64,000 bases of DNA. Origin: Octopus sinensis. Its lineage: Eukaryota. Numbering within the stretch: position 1 is the stretch's first letter; each line of letters opens with the position of its first letter. The notes below the pieces were generated by a model, which was not told where the DNA came from, did not search any database, and saw only the letters and a list, made by a program, of their open reading frames with translations. Shown here piece after piece: positions 51,928-64,000 of the stretch. Both the position numbers and the translations under genes were made by a program. The stretch covers positions 161,758,001 to 161,822,000 of the forward strand of contig NC_042999.1 of NCBI RefSeq assembly GCF_006345805.1. Reading direction: 5' to 3'.

Positions 51928-53479
51928 TGTTGTGGCAGTATTCTGCATTTCTTGTGCTATCACTGATAGCTCCACGAGACAATGACTTTGAAAAGTCTAC
52001 CTTGACAGTAACTTGAACTCGTATAAATCACGTAACTGACACTGACTCCAACTGAGAACTCGTACAATGACTCTACTGCAACTGACCTCCTAACAACTGA
52101 CTGTCTGACTTTATAGTGGCTCTTTCATACCACTTTGTCACATGGGAAAGAGTGTTCCATTTTCACTACAACATTTCCCCTTTTAGTTTTTTCTTTTCTT
52201 TGAGAAGCAAGTCATTCTATTTTACTTTATTCACCCCTCCTCCCATTTTAGTGGGTTTTTTTCCAATTTAATATTTTTTCTGTTTGGTGTCTATTTGTAG
52301 GAACTCCGTGTTCTTCCTTTTTCTTCCTCTTGTACACGTCGGTTCAATCCTCTATAATGGTGTTGGTAACTGGAATGTGTCATACAGCCATTCCATAGAT
52401 TCTTCCAATATGCCTGGTACATTTTCTATGAATCTCTTCTTCAATTGGTTTCTGTGTCTTTTTCCAATACCTTTTCTGCTTTTAATTGCGTACATCATTT
52501 TCCCTATGTACTTAGTAATTTTTCCTTCTTCCCAGTATTGTTTTCTGTTTTTATACGACCCATGTACACCTTATCACCAATTTTGAAAAATTTCGGATTG
52601 TCTTTCCTGGTACTTTTTCTTTCCTCACCAGGTAATCAAAAACTGATTTCACCTTCCTCGTGATCATTAGTTCTGCTGGTGAGCTTCCTGCTGGTGTATT
52701 GAGCTTCAGTATCACCCTGTATACCCTTAGGTATTGCTGCAGAGTGACTTCATCTGTGGCTTCATTGTTTACTTTTATCAAAGTTCTTTTGGAAGTATCC
52801 ACAAAACACTCTGCCTGTCCATTTGATCTGGGATGGTACAGTGCTATCACTTTATGTTCTACTGTGAGCATTTCGCAGAATTTTCTAAATTCACTGGACA
52901 CAAATTGTGTTCCATTATCAGATACAATCACATCTGCGATGCCAAATCTTGCAAATATTTTGTCCAAAAGATTTATTACAATTGAGGCAGTTGGTCTTTT
53001 GCACTTAACAATTTCCAGCCATTTTGTAAAACTGTCAACTACTACTACTAAGTAGTAATAACCATTTAACAGACCTGCAAAATCAATGTGTAGTCTTATC
53101 CATGGACTTTTCACTTCTGGCCCACAGCTCCCTTTTTTGAGTAGGCAATTTCACTGCCAGAGCACATCTTCTGCAGCCTTTTACTATGTTTTCAACTTCC
53201 TTGTCCATCTTCAGCTAATACACATAACTGCGCATAAGTGCTTTCATCTTTGCGATCCCCAGATGTCCAATACTCTTTACTCTTTTACTTGTTTCAGTCA
53301 TTTGACTGTGGCCATGCTGGAGCACCGCCTTTAATCGAGCAACTCGACCCCGGGACTTATTCTTTTGTAAGCCCAGTACTTATTATATCAATCTCTTTTG
53401 CTGAACCACTAAGTAACGGGGACATAAACACCAGCATTGGTTGTCAAGCAATGCTAGGGGGACAAACACAGACACACAA

Positions 53480-53528
<49 letters not shown>

Positions 53529-54260
53529 TACGACAGGCTTCTTTCAGTTTCCGTCTACCAAATCCACTCACAAGGCATTGGTCGGCCCGGGGCTATAGCA
53601 GAAGACACTTGCCCAAGATGCCACGCAGTGGGACTGAACCCGGAACCATGTGGTTGGTTTGCAAGCTACTTACCACACAGACACTCCTGCGCCTATATGG
53701 AATTCTTTCAACATTCTTTTTTTGTAGAGTCTCAGGTACCACTACCCTTTGGCCATACATCAGTACTCCATTGCATGTTGAATATATGTTTACCTGTCGC
53801 TGTTTTTCTTACTGAACTTTTTTTATATTCTCTTTCACTAACCACAGAGTTTTCTTTGTTTCATTAATGAACTTGTCTTTTGATGTGTGTCACTTTATCT
53901 CCACCAGAGTTATTGGTAACTCTCGTACAATGTTCCACATTATGTATTTAATTTTCCCTACAGCTCTAAAGGCTGTTATTATTGTGTTCTTGAATGGTTT
54001 GCTATTTCTGGGTATTAACCTAGATAGGCTGTCAGCATGTCCTAGCTTCTTCGAAGGTAAATATTCCATTGCGTAGTTGTTGTTCAGTAGTATGGTGCTC
54101 CATCGCTGCAACCTGTTTGCTGTATGTACTGGGATTCCTTTCTTGGATCCAAAAATCATTAGCAACAGGTAATGGTCTATTTGCAGTCGAAATCATCTAC
54201 CATGTATAAACCTGTGGAACATTTTAATGCTAAATATAATCGCTAATGCCTTTTTCACTG
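51928..54260 (-). mobile_element. Gypsy LTR retrotransposon 3' portion (RNase H, integrase, PPT, 3' LTR)
   Basis: RLQRWSTILL...GHADSLSRL; LKEFHIGH..IAKMKALMRSY; PWIRLHIDFAG...VSDNGTQF...YHPRSNGQAE. PPT aaaaggggaaa next to LTR 51928-52173 (TGTTG...CAACA). SINE inserted at 53271-53693. Confidence 0.9.
53271..53693 (-). mobile_element. SINE family A inserted into Gypsy integrase zinc-finger region
   Basis: Removing it restores gaattccatattggacat (EFHIGH). Confidence 0.9.
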
Positions 54261-54636
54261 GAACTGTAAAAATCTGCAAAACTTTGCAGAAATTTATCAT
54301 TTAAGTATATATGAACATGTCTAGACATGCTACTATATGCATGGAATACATACATAAAGCAAAACATACAAGTCTGCACATATACATAAATATATACAAA
54401 AATGCCCTGTACGTGTTGTTAAAATTCCAATTAAGGAGCCTTGAATCTAGGTTAGAAACTGACTCTTTCTCTATTGGCAAGAAATCTTGAAATAAAAATG
54501 AACAATGACACACATGCATGCATACATACATACATACATACATACATACATACATACATACATACATACATACATGCATGCATGCATGCATACACACACA
54601 CACACATACATACATACATACAGACATATATCATCA

Positions 54637-54947
54637 TTATGGTGGCACGTAAAAAGCACCATCCGTTCGTGGCCGTTGCCAGCCTCGCCTGGCCCCCGTG
54701 CCGGTGGCACGTAAAAAGCACCATCCATCCGTAGCCGTCTGCCAGCTCTGTCTGGCACCTGTGCGGGTGGCACGTAAAAAGCACCCACTACACTCACGGA
54801 GTGGTTGGCGTTAGGAAGGGCATCCAGCCATAGAAACATTGCCAGATCAGACTGGGCTTGGTGCAGCCTTCTGGCTCCCCAGACTCCAGTTGAACCATCC
54901 AACCCATGCTAACATGGAAAGCGGACGTTAAACGATGATGATGATGA
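54637..54947 (+). mobile_element. RTE LINE 3' UTR copy
   Basis: Three ggtggcacgtaaaaagcacc modules, (GAT)n tail. Confidence 0.85.
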
Positions 54948-55199
54948 TCATCATCATCATCATCATCACTCACATTTGGGCATAAAGTGGCAAAACCTTA
55001 AAGGGTATTAATCACTTATATCAGCCTCAATACTTTGTGTTGACTTTACAAAGCTAAATTTATCATAAAGAACTGAACAAAATACAATATATTTAAGCTT
55101 GCCTCACCAATGTTATATATCTATGTATATGATGTAGAACAAGATAAAAACAACAACAAAAAGATGTGATAAATTACAATCACTGTTATTTATCATGGC

Positions 55200-55975
55200 A
55201 CTCAGGAGAATAGAACAAGTTAATGATTATAACATTTGAAATGTTGCCCTTCTTTAGAAAATGGAAGGCCTGAGGGTAACAGGGAAAAAAAAGAGGGAAA
55301 ACAATTTAAAGGTGGAAGATGCACAGGAGTCATAAACGCTACAGTCACTTGAGAAATCAATTTTCTCAAATGTTCTGGAGGCTCTTTAGAGGTAGTGGCT
55401 AATTTCTGCGACCCAGGAGACAAAGTTAGTAGTAGGGGAGGATGAATGGAGAATGTAATAGCCAAAAGAAGAATAGGATGGAGAAAATTCAGGGATCCTT
55501 TACCGCTGTTGCCAACCAAAGTTTTCTCTTTCCATAAAGAAGCATCATTCACTCAAAGTGGATGGAGCTTGTGGAAGAGGGAGACCCAGGAAGACATGGG
55601 ACAAAGAACTTATAACCTCAGAATGTTGAACCTTTTAGACGAGATGACAAAGGACCACTGTACCTGGCACTTTGCTGTACTCAAGAAGACCTGTCCTCCA
55701 TAGCAGAACTGTTAATGCCACATCCCCTAGTGAAGAGGATTGGCCTGCAAGAGTCCTGTGCCAGTGCCATGTAAAAAGCACTTATGCTGGTGCCACATAA
55801 AAATCACCGAGCACACACTGTAAAGTGGTTGGTGTTAGGAAGAACAGCCAGCCATGGAAACCAAGCCAAATCATATGGGAACCTGATGCAGCTCTCCAGC
55901 TTCCCAGCTCTGGTCAAACCAACCAATCTATGCCAGCATGGAAAATGGACATTAAAGGATGATGTTGATGATGGT
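55200..55975 (+). mobile_element. Older RTE LINE 3' fragment
   Basis: RRIGWRKFRDPLPLL post-RT motif, diverged 3' UTR, (GAT)n tail merging into (GGT)n. Confidence 0.7.
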
Positions 55976-56515
55976 GGTGGTGGTGGTGGTGGTGGTGGTG
56001 GTTGTGGTGGTGGTGGTGGTGGTGGTGGTGGTGGTGGTGGCGGCGGCGGCGGTAGTGGTGGTGGTGGTGGTGGTGGTGGTGGTGGTAGTGGTGGTGGTGG
56101 TGGTGGTGGTGGTGGTGGTGGCGGTGGTGGTGGTGGCGGTGGTGGTGGTAGTGGTGGTGGTGGTGGTGGTGGTGGTGGTGGCGGTGGTGGTGGTTGTGGT
56201 GGTGGTGGTGGTGGTGTGTGGTGGTGTGGTGGTGGTGGTTGTGGTGGTGGTGGTGGTGGTGGTGGTGGTGGCGTGGTGGTGGTTGTGTGGTGGTGGTGGT
56301 GGTGGCGCGGCGGCGGCGGCGGCGGTGGTAGTGGTGGTGGTGGTGGTGGTGTGGTAGTGGTGGTGGTGGTGGTGGTGGTGGTGGTGGCGGTGGTGGTGGT
56401 TGTGGTGGTGGTGGTGGTGGTGGTGGTGGCGGCGGCGGCGGCGGTGGTAGTGGTGGTGGTGGTGGTGGTGTGGTGGTGGTGGTGGTAGTGGTGGTGGTGG
56501 TGGTGGTGGTGGAGA
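55960..56515. repeat. (GGT)n microsatellite with GGC interruptions
   Basis: About 550 bp directly visible. Confidence 0.95.
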
Positions 56516-56689
56516 TGAATCCTAATGAGAGATGCCATGTGGTGTTGATCTACATGTTTTACACATACCCACCATGCAACCTTGCCCAGTGTACCATGCA
56601 TGGGACCTTGTGGATGGTAAGCAAACTTCTTTGCCTCACACATATACATCAAATGTGTGTATGTGTGTATATGTGAGTACCATCACCCT

Positions 56690-56843
56690 TATCTTTTACT
56701 TGTACCAATCAATGGACTGCAGTGTGATCAAACCTTGAATGGTTTAGTCAAACAAACTGACCCCAGTACTTCTTTTTAAGTCTAATACCTATTCTGTTGG
56801 TCTCATTTGCTGAACCAACACCAGTGGTTAAACAGTGATGTGG

Positions 56844-56874
<31 letters not shown>

Positions 56875-57030
56875 ACAGGCTTTTGCATAGTCTCCATCTG
56901 CCAAATTCACTCACAAGACATTGGTTGGCTTGGAGCTATAATAGAGAACACTTGCCCAAGATGTCACGCAGTGGGCCTCAACTTGCAACCATATTGGTTG
57001 CTAAGCAAGCTTCTTAATCACGCAGCTATG
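56690..57030 (-). mobile_element. SINE family A, old diverged copy
   Basis: Colinear degenerate match. Confidence 0.65.
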
Positions 57031-57697
57031 CGAATATCAGCAGATTTCTCATTAGTTTTCCATAGATATGTTTTTTTCTTTTTACTGAGGCAGTCTATGT
57101 GTGGATAAATTGTAAATAGATTTGCATATGGTGCTCCAGCATGACTGCTGCTTTTGAGCTGAAACTAGCTTAAGAGTTATAACATTTGGTTTCAAAAGAT
57201 AGGGCTCTCACTGCAAAAGGAAATTAAGGTACAACTTGACCTTGCATGTTTATTTCAGGTGTTCTACAAAAAGAGGATAAACAGACAGACAGAAAAACTA
57301 AAAATAAATGATGAGCAATAGGCTTGTATTCATTTGCATATCAGAATGTTTGTTGGTGATACATATTAATTAACTAAAACATTGTTACAATATATGCATA
57401 GATAAGTTATAAACAGAGTAACATGCACACATTTCACAATTATATATTTACTTTCACTCTATATCCAGACCTGTGGTTAAAAACTCTCTGAAAAGCAATC
57501 CAAAGAAGAACAAGTTTCACCCGATTATTGCTAGCTCAGCAGTAGTGTTTCATTTGTTTATTCTACTGAGGGAGAGAAGCAGGATATATATATATATATA
57601 TATATAATATTATTAGAGACAAAACCACTATTTTGCAAAACAAACAAGGAAAGACTTAATCAATACATAAAATTTTAATAAATAGTCAAAAAAACCG

Positions 57698-57740
57698 CCA
57701 CTACAATCGTTTCTTGTCTTGATCGACAATCTTCAGGTGG
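57698..57740 (-). ncRNA. Minimal type I hammerhead ribozyme (mirror copy)
   Basis: Exact reverse complement of 57771-57813 in the left arm of the palindrome. Confidence 0.85.
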
Positions 57741-57770
57741 ACTTCCAATTGAAACTGACTTATTGGAAGT

Positions 57771-57813
57771 CCACCTGAAGATTGTCGATCAAGACAAGAA
57801 ACGATTGTAGTGG
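57771..57813 (+). ncRNA. Minimal type I hammerhead ribozyme
   Basis: ccac CTGAAGA ttgtc-gatcaa-gacaa GAAAC gatt GTA gtgg. Stem I ccac/gtgg, intact core, 5-bp stem II, 2-bp stem III, GUA cleavage triplet at 57807-57809. Confidence 0.85.
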
Positions 57814-58012
57814 CGGTTTTTTTGACTATTTATTAAAATTTTATGTATTGATTAAGTCTTTCCTTGTTTGTTTTGCAAAATAGTGGTTTTGTCTCTAATA
57901 ATATTTTATAATATTTTACTATAAAATTGGATTTAATACTAAATCTGATTTTTTTCCCTGTAAATTTGGATTTATTCCCTAATATTTATTATTATATATA
58001 TATATATATATA

Positions 58013-58407
58013 TACTCTTTACTCTTATACTTGTTTCAGTCATTTGGCTGCAGCCATGCTGGAGCACCACCTTTTAGCGAGCAAATCGACCCCGGGACAT
58101 ATTCTTTGTAAGCCCAGTACTTATTCTATCGGTCTCTTTTGCCAAACCGCTAAGTGACGGGGACCTAAACACACCAGCATCGGTTGTCAAGCAATGCTAA
58201 GGGGACAAACACAGATACACAAACACACACACGCATATATATATACATATATACGACGGACTTCTTTCAGTTTCCGTCTACCAAATCCACTCACAAGGCA
58301 TTGGTCGGCCCGGGGCTATAGCAGAAGACACTTGCCCAAGGTGCCACGCAGTGGGACTGAACCCGGAACCATGTGGTTGGTAAGCAAGCTACTTACCACA
58401 CAGCCAC
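58013..58407 (-). mobile_element. SINE family A
   Basis: Family match. Confidence 0.9.
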
Positions 58408-59430
58408 AATGTAAACATGTATATGCATGTGTGTGTGCATGTAATATTGAACACTATTCAGCATAGGGTATCCCATTTCAATATATGAAAGTATATCTAT
58501 ATATTGGAATTTGAACTTATGCTCTAAAATCATGTTGATGTCTAGTAATTTGCACAAAATCCTGAAGGGACTGCTTTTATATATTGAACCTCGTTTGTGT
58601 GTGTGTGGTGTGTGTGTGTGAGTACACGTTTTTATGTCTACTTGTGCTTTTTTAATGTCACTTTAGGTAGGATGTGTGGATGCACCCTTTTGTTTAAACA
58701 ATTATTTTCCCATATGGAAACTATTACTATTATTAATGGCTCAACACACATATCATACATAGACAAATATACATATAAAGAAAGAGAGAGAGAGAGAGAA
58801 AGAAGACACAAATAGCAACACAGATAGGCGGATGGGCGGACAGACAGAAGGACATGTTAGTATGTCAACATGGACACCTACCCACATCCTGTCCATTGTT
58901 ATTATATTTACACCAACAACTAAATCTTGACTGTTCCCCCACTGTTATTTATGATTGGAAGAACTTCTTTTGTGTCAGAAAAAGTTGGTTTGTAATTTCA
59001 GGAAAACGTTATTTCACATAATATAAATTTTAAAAACAACAACTGTGAGTATTTGCTGCAGTGGAATTGTTGATCAGTTGATTTCTTTGGGTTGTTTCTT
59101 TTACGATCTAATCTTGTTACAGGGCATATTCCTCAAACTACGCACACTCTAGCAAGTAAGCTTCTATATCAGAGGTGGAAAATCCCTCCACTTGCAGGCA
59201 AAATTTTGATTGCATTCAAATTTTTATACAATTATAAAATGAAGTAGTTCAGCTATGATGAAAGCAGTAATTATTTATGTTTCATACATTAATGATTCAT
59301 TAAGTCTTTCAGTATGGCTATTCCCCATCATGTTTCTAGACACTGGCAATTCATCCCTGATTTCAACAAGGTTCATCATCTCAGCCAAAAATAGCAGTCA
59401 AATTTTTTTTTTCATATTATACCCTACATA

Positions 59431-59830
59431 GGCGTAGGAGTGGCTGTGTGGTAAGTAGCTTGTTTACCAACCACATGGTTCCGGGTTCAGTTCCACTGCG
59501 TGGCACCTTGGGCAAGTGTCTTCTACTATAGCCTCAGGCCGACCAAAGCCTTGTGAGTGGATTTGGTAGACGGAAACTGGAAGAAGCCCGTCATATATAT
59601 GTATATATATGTATATGCGTGTGTGTGTTTATGTGTCTGTGTTTGTCCCCCTAGCATTGCTTGACAACCGATACTGGTGTGTTTATGTCCCCATTACTTA
59701 GCGTTTCGGCAAAAGGGTCCGAAAGAATAAGTACTAGGCTTACAAAAGAATAAGTCCCGGGATCGAGTTGCTCGATTAAAGTTGGTGCTCCAGCATGGCC
59801 GCAGTCAAATGACTGAAACAAGTAAAAGAG
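59431..59830 (+). mobile_element. SINE family A
   Basis: Family match. Confidence 0.9.
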
Positions 59831-59918
59831 CACTATCTTAAAAGAAAGAAGGGTGATATTTAATATAGTCCTAAATACACTATACATAAAAAAGATGAGA
59901 TTGGTCAAGGCTGGAATA

Positions 59919-60860
59919 CAAGGGTTAGCTAAAAAGTTCATAGGCTGACCAAGATACTCTCATGGAACATGTCCAAATGATGTTTATTTTTCAACCATAG
60001 TCCACACTTGCAGTCCCCACATTTCTTCCATCGGTGTTGCAGTGCTTGGATCCCATTGGTGAAGAAGCTTTCATCCTGTTTCTCAAAAATGTCATCAACA
60101 GCAGATATGACGTCATCACTGCAATACTGGTTCCCAGCCAGGTGTTTTTTCACGTTGGAGATGAGGTGCCATTGAAACCAAGGACTTGTGTGCTGGTGTT
60201 TGGTCTTGATACCTTTCATAACTGCCTCAGCAAGTTGGCACGGTACCCTCTGTTGATGGTGTAGCCCTTTTGAAGATTGTTAATAAACAATGCCTTTTGC
60301 ACCCCCCAAAATTGAGGCCATCATTTTCCCCTGCATTTTCCCTTGTCTTCTTTAGAGCAGGTGAGGAGAGGTGCTTTCACTGCATGAATTGTCTCTTTGT
60401 CTCTGGCTCAAAGTGATGAAACCAGCACTCATCCTGAGTTGGGGAACATTCAAGGGAACCAGCTGGATCTGCCTCAGACAATGTCAGATTTTCCTGTGAT
60501 GTGATCAGCCTGGTACACTTTTGATTAGGTGTCAGATGTTGCACCCACCAAGCAGAAATTTTCACCATGCCAAGCTCATTGTGCAGAATATTCTCAACTT
60601 TCTCACAGGTTGTTCCAATGGCATTGGGTTCTTGATTTATAGTCAATCACTTATCATCCATCAGTACATGGTGAACACAATGTCTTCCTCAGTGGTGGCA
60701 GTTGCAGGATGTCAAAGCCTTGGGTCATCTTCAAGACTCTCCCTTCTCCTTCTATATTCCGCTGCTCACTTTTGCACTGGAGTATCATCCCCTAATGTAA
60801 TGACCATGTCAGCATGAATGCCCTTGGGAGCAGGGGGCTAACCCTTTTTCTTGACATACT
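59919..60860 (-). mobile_element. Mariner transposase pseudogene
   Basis: ILHNELGMVKISAWWV, DECWFHHFEPETKRQFMQW, GIQALQHRWKKC; TIR-like (TA)caagggttagctaaaaagttc at the left end. Confidence 0.8.
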
Positions 60861-61139
60861 TAATCTGGGTGTTGTATGGGAGCGAGGAAATTGTACTTCA
60901 TTGAATTGAATACATGCTGTACCAAGGTATATATGTATATAGACATAAAAGGTTACTTCAAGCCCTTCTTACCCCACCCTCTCTTTACTGGCCCTTAATC
61001 TGAATGCAGTATAGGAGGGAGAAAATTATTCTTCATTGAATCAAATTCACGATGTACACTACACTACCTGGCAAACATTTACACAGATCTTTTCAAACAC
61101 GAACAAAAGCCCCACAATGGCTACCTTCCCATTGTCCCT

Positions 61140-64000
61140 CCCAAGTATACAATTTTAGAGCTGCAAACATCAACATTGAAGGGGAGATCTGTTGAGATTG
61201 TCGAAATCATGGAGCATCACCATGTCGGTGTGTGTGGTGTGCAATAAGTGAGATGGAAAGGAACCTCTACTAGATTCCTCACAAGTAAGAAACAGAGGTT
61301 TAAATTCTTCTGGGTTGGCAAGAGTGATGAAGTGAGTGGTGTGGGAATACTCTTAGTGGAAAAGTGAGTAGATAAGGTAATTGAGGTAGTCAGAGTGTGC
61401 TATGGGGTTATTAAGTTGAGACTTATTATAGATAGATTAACAATTACATTTATCTCTGTCTATGCTCCAGTCTTTCCCAGGTGAAGAGAGTACATCCCAA
61501 CATAGGCTACTAGTTAATGACTTCGGAATTCGGGTTAGAGAGACTCAAAGACATAAACCATGTTGGAAAAGAAGATTATGGAAATCCAAAAGCCTAGCAG
61601 GCCAACAAAAATTTAGAGACATTCTACTGGAAGCCTCTGGTGATAGAGAGGAAGAAGAGGAGACATATAGCTTAAAAGACAGCTGGTAGTTCCTGTGGGA
61701 CAATTTATTGTGTGCTGCTGACCAAATCTGTGGTTGGTGCAAAGTCCCAGCCAGGCCGAGGGTAACTTGATGGTGGAACAAGGAAGTGGACAGGGATATA
61801 AAAGTAATGAAACAGGCCTGGAAGGACTGGAAAAACAGTGGAAGCAAAGCATTATATCAGGGAGCTAGAAGGGAGGCTATGCAACAGGATTACATAGCAA
61901 AAAGAATAGCAGAAGGTAAGAAGTTTGCCAATGTTATGCAGCATGAGGATCAGAGGTCTGAGGTGTTCAGGATTGCAAAGCAGTATATCAGAGAGAATAG
62001 AGATGTGGTGGGTGAGAAATGTGTGCAAATGGATAATGGTATGCTTGTGCTTAGTGACCATGAGAAGAAAGATGCATGGAGATGCTATTATGTAAGGTTG
62101 TTAAATGTGGAGAATGATTGAGAGGAGAGTCTTTCAAATATTGAACCAATTGAGGGACCAGCCATCAGAGTGGATAGCAGCATAATAAATAGGGCAATTA
62201 GGAAAAGGAAGACTAGGAAAGCCCCTGGACCATCAGGTATCACTGCTGAGATGATGAAAATATCAGGTGGTGTGGGAAACAGCTTAGTCACTCACATAAT
62301 TAATCAGGTTATTCAGGAAGGTGTCATCCCCAAAGACTGGTGTAGCAGTATTATAGTAAACTGCTATAAGGGTAAAGGTGATGCCTTAGAAACAACTACA
62401 GAGGTATCAAGCTGCTGGATTAGGTCATGAAAATTAGAGAGTTAGATCTCATTTGATTAGGGATATAATTAAACTAGATGAGATGCAGTTTGATTTTGTT
62501 CCTGGGAGAAGTACTACAGATGCCATCTTCATGGTGCACCAGTTGCAAGAAAAATATTTGGCCAAAAGTAAGCCATTGTACTTAGCCTTCATTGACCTGG
62601 AGAAAGCTTTCAACAGGGTTCCCCGCTCTCTTATTTGGTAGTCTCTAAGGAAACTAGGAGTAGAGAAGTGGCTTGTTAGACCTGTTCAAGCCATGTAGAG
62701 TGACCCTGTCAGTAAGGTGAGAGTTGACCTTGAATACAGTGATGAATTTAATGTATAAATTGGAGTACATCAGGGATCAGTTTTTAGTCCACTCTTAGTC
62801 ATTATAGTTCTCCAGGCCATAATGGATAAATTCAAAATTGGATGCCCATGGAAACTACTACATGCTGATGATCTTGCCCTTGTTGCAGAATCTGAAGCAG
62901 AATTGGAGAAGTTCTGGTTTTGGAAGCAAAACCTGGAATCAAAGGGGCTTGAAGTTAACTTAGCTAAGACCAAAGTTGTTAGCAAGAAAGGAGATAAGTC
63001 TCTCATTCCAGCTGGCAAATGGTCCTGTTCAATATGTAGGAAAGGCGTGGGATGTCATTCCATTTGCTGCACCAAGCGTAAGTTATGGACACATAAGACA
63101 TGCAGTGGAATCATGGGAAGGTTATCAGATAAGGCCACTTTCGTGTGTGACAGATGTGCAGGAACAATAAGTACTAAGAGCACAAGGGACTTAAACTCTC
63201 TCAAATGCCTAGGAGGCTCTCTTGAAGTAGTAGATGGTTTCTTGTGAGGGCGCGTGGCTTAGTGGTTAGGGCATTCAGCTCATGATCGTAAGGTTGTGAG
63301 TTCGATTCCCGGCGATGCGTTGTGTCCTTGAGCAAGACACTTTATTTCACGTTGCTCCAGTCCACTCAGCTGGCAAAAATGAGTTGTACTTGTATTTCAA
63401 AGGGTCAGCCTTGTCACTCTCTGTGTCACGCTGATTATCCCCGAGAACTACGTTATGGGTACACGTGTCTGTGGAATGCTCAGCCATTTGCGCGTTAATT
63501 TCACGAGCAAGCTGTTCCATTGATCGTATCAGCTGGGACCCTCGTCGTCGTAACCGGCGGAGTCTTTTTTTAAGATGGTTTCTGCTTTTTCAGCAACCAA
63601 ATTAGTAATGATGGTGGATGCTTTGAAAGTATTGTTTCTAAAATAAGAATAGAATGGAACAAGTTCAGAGAACTACTTACTCTGTTGGCAGGAAAAGGAT
63701 TCTCTCTCTGAGTGAAAGGTAGATTGTATGATGCTTGCATGAGAATGGCTATGTTACATGGTAGTGAGACATGGGCTCTGACTGCAGAGGACATGTATAG
63801 ACTGGAGAGGAATGAAGGTAGTATGCTCTGTTGGATTTGCAACATCAGTGTGCATGACCAACAAAGTACAACTGTATTGAGAGAAAAGTTAGGCATAAGA
63901 GGGATTAAATGTGGCATGCAGGAAAGGAGAATGCATTGGTTTGGACATGTGATGTGTATAAGTGAAGACAACTGTATACAGAAGTGCTTGTCAATGAAAG
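61140..64000 (+). mobile_element. Decayed RTE LINE (APE + RT), interrupted by a SINE, runs off the window
   Basis: KAPGPSGITAEMMK, QFDFVPGRSTTDAIF, AFIDLEKAFNRVP, GVHQGSVFSP, LLHADDLAL; resumes at 63573. Confidence 0.9.
63243..63572 (+). mobile_element. Hybrid SINE (D-type body, C-type tail) inserted in RTE
   Basis: 11-bp TSD agatggtttct (63232-63242 and 63573-63583). Confidence 0.9.

Larger units (their letters stand above)
57606..57905. repeat. Perfect palindrome (144-bp arms, 12-nt spacer), probably Penelope-like terminal-repeat derived
   Basis: 57606-57749 is the exact reverse complement of 57762-57905; spacer TGAAACTGACTT; (TA)n on the left and again from about 57994. Confidence 0.95.

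Noticed and set aside
55784-56652. Poly-Gly, poly-Val and poly-Pro/Thr ORFs of 132-282 aa
   Set aside because: (GGT)n repeat read in different frames; no splice or homology support.

Overview
AT-rich, microsatellite-dense animal genomic DNA. The SINE families and repeat landscape point to an octopus (coleoid cephalopod); this is an inference. One host gene is supported: 4-5 small + strand coding exons of a TTC16-like tetratricopeptide-repeat gene (7913-8064, 17064-17156, 25298-25491, 28505-28646, probable last exon from 31560), with compatible splice phases and 3-9 kb introns. The rest is mostly decayed mobile DNA: several tRNA-derived SINE families, RTE/CR1/R4-Dong LINE fragments, Gypsy fragments and a solo LTR, mariner remnants, hAT and piggyBac-type MITEs, Helitron-like non-autonomous elements and Penelope-like elements (PLEs). 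The most striking feature is a perfect 144-bp/12-nt/144-bp palindrome at 57606-57905 whose arms encode a complete minimal type I hammerhead ribozyme, one on each strand. A 3.4-kb PLE (38691-42138) has the same layout: it sits in (TA)n, carries hammerhead motifs in inverted terminal repeats, and has about 190 codons of in-frame N/S/T-rich sequence inside its GIY-YIG domain. A third foldback (1555-1742) shares the layout. Almost all ORFs in the supplied track are microsatellite or antisense artefacts. All identifications are by eye; no database search or folding program was run.
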